A stretch of DNA of 38,362 nt from Catajapyx aquilonaris (lineage: Eukaryota). Below are positions 35,230-38,362 of this stretch, one piece after another (within the stretch, counting starts at the first letter, position 1; each line of letters opens with the position of its first letter). Both the position numbers and the translations under genes were made by a program. Where the stretch lies: positions 62,001 through 100,362 of the forward strand of contig KZ538207.1 of NCBI GenBank assembly GCA_000934665.2, in the 5' to 3' direction. Under the pieces are notes generated by a model, which made no database searches, was not told the DNA's origin, and worked only from the letters and a program-made list of their open reading frames with translations.

Positions 35230-37790
35230 GGCCTATATGGATGAAGTAGGCCTGAAGTGGATTTCATTCTTGCATATTGTACGGTTTCTACCCCTATACT
35301 TCTGCCATTATACAACACACCACAAGTCCACAACATTCCCGGGCGACCGACGCACCCAGTGGGCGCGGAGCCCAGTTTAGGACGACATAAATAGGTTTTG
35401 CGAATTTTATCAAAACATTCCTTAAGGAACAGTAAATGAAAGACAAGACTTACACAATGACACTTTAGATTGGAAATTGGAAAACACTGCCCCTCTTCCG
35501 TTTTGGATTTCGCGATGCGTTTCATGCAGTTATTGCAATATTCCCTGGTTGTCATATGCGTGGGTGAAAATGGCTGAAATTATTCTTCCTACGTGATTTG
35601 ATGACGCACTTGATATTTAAGCACAAATATCCTCTGGTGAGAATTTAGCTTATGTTATTTTTGAATAAACACTTGACCCCTCCTTATACTTAAGAAACGT
35701 TGCACAAAAAGTAAGATGAAACAACTTGCACCGCTTGCCACCACTCGCTGACAGTATACAATAAATGGTTTAAACTTTAAAGCCTAACGGATGCATGTAA
35801 AAAAAAAAAGCCCCCGATAGCCCCCGCTTGTCGGGTAGTATGTTGAATTAGTGTGACCCTGCGCTAGACCAAGGAGGCTCCAGAGTAGAGCACTACCACG
35901 TGCGCCCACTATACTATACTTCGCACCTCGCCGGAACCTTCCACTGGCTCCTTTCACTAATCACAGCAAGTCATTTAAATATTCACTTATATCTTCATTT
36001 TTAACGACAATATTTTGAATTCTGCAGTGTCAATTACCTATCCTTGCATGTAAAAGGTTCTCCAGAGCTATTATATTATTTAAGCGAAATATTACGCAAA
36101 AGTAAGAGTGTGCAAGTGTTGATAATTATGATTATTTATTCAATATTGGGACAAATTTTGCATGCTCAGTTGGGTTATCGACGACAAGGAATTCAATTTT
36201 GCAGTGAAAGCTGCATGAAGTGTGACGATAATTGACCCAAAATTTAACCTTAGAGCCCTTCGTGCTTTCAGTTAACTTATACCGAAGGGTCTTAGACCTT
36301 AGTGATAGGCTAGGAGTTAGTGACGATATTCAGTATAAAAACAGAATTAGCATTATACAGGTATGAAACGCGTTCTTGCTGGCCACTTACCGCACTTCGC
36401 TTCACTGCTGAAGTTGTTATTGCTCTTCTTGGTAGTGATAAGTATCAGAGAGCCGTTTACAGCCTCAGTCCAACCATCACATGAGAAAGGTTTTGCCCAA
36501 TTTGACACCTTCGAAGCACTGTTAACTTCTCCATTGTTGTTGCTATGTTGCTGCAATGAACTTCATCTTGTCATTTGGACTGGTCATACACGCATGTGCT
36601 TGGAAACTTACTTATTAGGCCTACCGCATCAAGTCTTAAAGCATGACTCTGATGATGCCATCCTGCCTGAAAGCCCGATTAGATTCCTTTATCCCCCACC
36701 CAGCTTTTGATCCGACCCCAAACCCTGCTGGGTCTGGATTTGATGAGGAAAAGGTGAGGGATGGCAAGTGTCATGCTCGTCGTCGCAAATGACGAGGACA
36801 GGCGTCTCGTATCCACCCAAGAGGAACGTCATCAAGGACACTCCACCAACTTCACCTCCCCCCCCCCCCAAAAAAAACCCCTCTCCTTTTTGCCAATTTA
36901 CCCCACCCTCTTCTCTCTTCCCAATTTCCCCGGCGCTCCATTTGCATATGGGCGATGAAAAATGCGGCCTTTCCAGCCTTCGCTATTGCGGCGATNGGGG
37001 GGGGGGGGGAAAGAAGTTGGGATTGGATTTGAAGGGGGGGGAGGGGGTGATATAGGCCTAACCAAAAAAAAAAGTAGGCATCATTAGGGCCGATTTTCCT
37101 TCTAATGTTGGGGACTCTAGGGGAATAAAATTACGGAGTTTCTCTACCCCTCTCGCCATTCCTAAGGAGATGTGACCGTGACGAGCGCAAATGTTTCCGT
37201 TTTTCGATTCCTGGTTTGGTTCGGGTTCATCTACCAGCTGAAATAAATTTGCAGATTGAAGCCTCTCGGTGTATATATATATATGGAATGGCAGGATCTA
37301 GCAGAGAAGGAGGTGTAATCATATTAGGTGCTAAATTGAGCGTCGCAATTTCTCAAACACTCGCTCTTTATAAAATGATAATAATGAAGTGAGCAATGGC
37401 AAAGCCCCTAGTGTCTCTAGGTTTTTGGGAGAATGGGTACCCGGGGAGTGAGAGAGAAGGGGGGAGGGGGAGGAGGGGAGGGGGAATCCTCAAAGGGTGG
37501 TCCCCATATTTTTCAGGTCCTCTCCTGTGATGATAATTACGTTAGGAAGGCAGCCATCCAGGAGTAAAGTGCTTCCCAACGGTTTCCATATGCATGAACG
37601 AAGGGGTGAAAAGAGACGAGCTGCACTTACATCACAATCCATTAGGTCCCTCTTCTGACGCTGATGGTTAAAATGCGGGGGGAAAGGTGGGCCAAGAGGG
37701 ACTCACCTGAAACGCAAAATTTTCCAGAGGCAGAAGGCAGGTGTAATAGCTGAAATGTAACTTGAATTCTGACGTCACAATATGTGCTCG
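35230..37790 (-). pseudogene. Degenerate cytochrome P450, clan-3-like
   Basis: ITPAF(S)SGK..|gtgagt (donor at 37706; cf. LSPTFTSGKLK). I-helix SLMTFLLGGYET.SSSFA (FLLGGYET at 36826-36803; cf. FLLAGYETTS). Blurred K-helix at ~36630-36660. NG.....VSNWAKPFSCDGWTE has the same W-x8-W spacing as WAIHHDPEIWPE (donor at 36390). Heme-motif-like LGSAPTGCVG (35375-35346; cf. FG.GPRNC.G) follows acceptor 35421. Confidence 0.6.
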
Positions 37791-38362
37791 ACATACTAGT
37801 TCATACAATTACCAAAACACGTACACTAGTAAGTCGCACCAGAGCCATCCGTAAACAATACGTAATATTTTTCAGTGCCAAAAAAACTTTCGCAAATGAA
37901 ATTGGCAAATTATTGTCTACAACACATTTCGCTCATTTCTGGTATTTTACACTTTAAACGTACAACTGAAGTGACGTCAGTGCACAAGTTCGATTGAAGG
38001 CGGAGAATTTTTTTGCAAGTGCAAAAAAAATAAGAAAATGGCCAGAAGTTTTTTGTCAAAAGTTCTGTTCAATTCATTATCTTTAGTCCCAACCCACAGA
38101 GCAAGCTTTTGCTTCCTAAGAGTAACACAGTCAGTTTCAGAACACATTTCCATTTCGTGTGAGGAAAAGTAAACAAAAAAAAACACATTAAAAACACAAA
38201 TAATTTTGAATAAACATTGGGACACACAGATAAATAAAAAAAATAATCCCGTTTGTGGAAAATAATTATACTCATATAATAATAAAATAGATGGGAAGGG
38301 GGGAGAGATGTGCAACAGGAAAAGGAAACAAAAATTGATGGAGGGGGGGGGAGTGTATGTGT

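Noticed and set aside
1..38362. A novel multi-gene biological system
   Set aside because: The recognisable genes are functionally unrelated and none is intact. I found no evidence of a coherent new system, and sequence authenticity should be established first.

Overview
Eukaryotic, animal-like DNA: AT-rich, with GT-AG intron signals, microsatellites and many TA-flanked MITEs. The repeated TAGGCCTA palindrome hints at a marine invertebrate such as an echinoderm, which is inference only. I see no intact protein-coding gene, RNA gene, CRISPR array or prokaryotic system. Translating by eye across frameshifts reveals heavily blurred remnants whose family motifs fall in the correct order, often between plausible splice sites: T-box factor (+, ~40-2287), Mutator-like transposase in two tandem segments (+, ~5050-7990), nuclear receptor (+, ~8620-10560), L1/Tx1-like RT (+, ~11930-12850), LIV-1/ZIP zinc transporter (+, ~15130-18300), FN3-TM-tyrosine kinase receptor (-, ~21536-30960), RTE-like RT (-, ~32860-33740) and clan-3-like cytochrome P450 (-, ~35230-37790). 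All have stops, frameshifts and substituted invariant residues, while several MITEs and palindromes keep near-perfect arms. That contrast, plus long homopolymer runs and three Ns at G-runs, means the window may be low-quality consensus or non-natural (model-generated or mutated) sequence rather than a true pseudogene cluster. Protein calls are from memory of family motifs, not from searches. The repeat and MITE calls are directly visible and more reliable.
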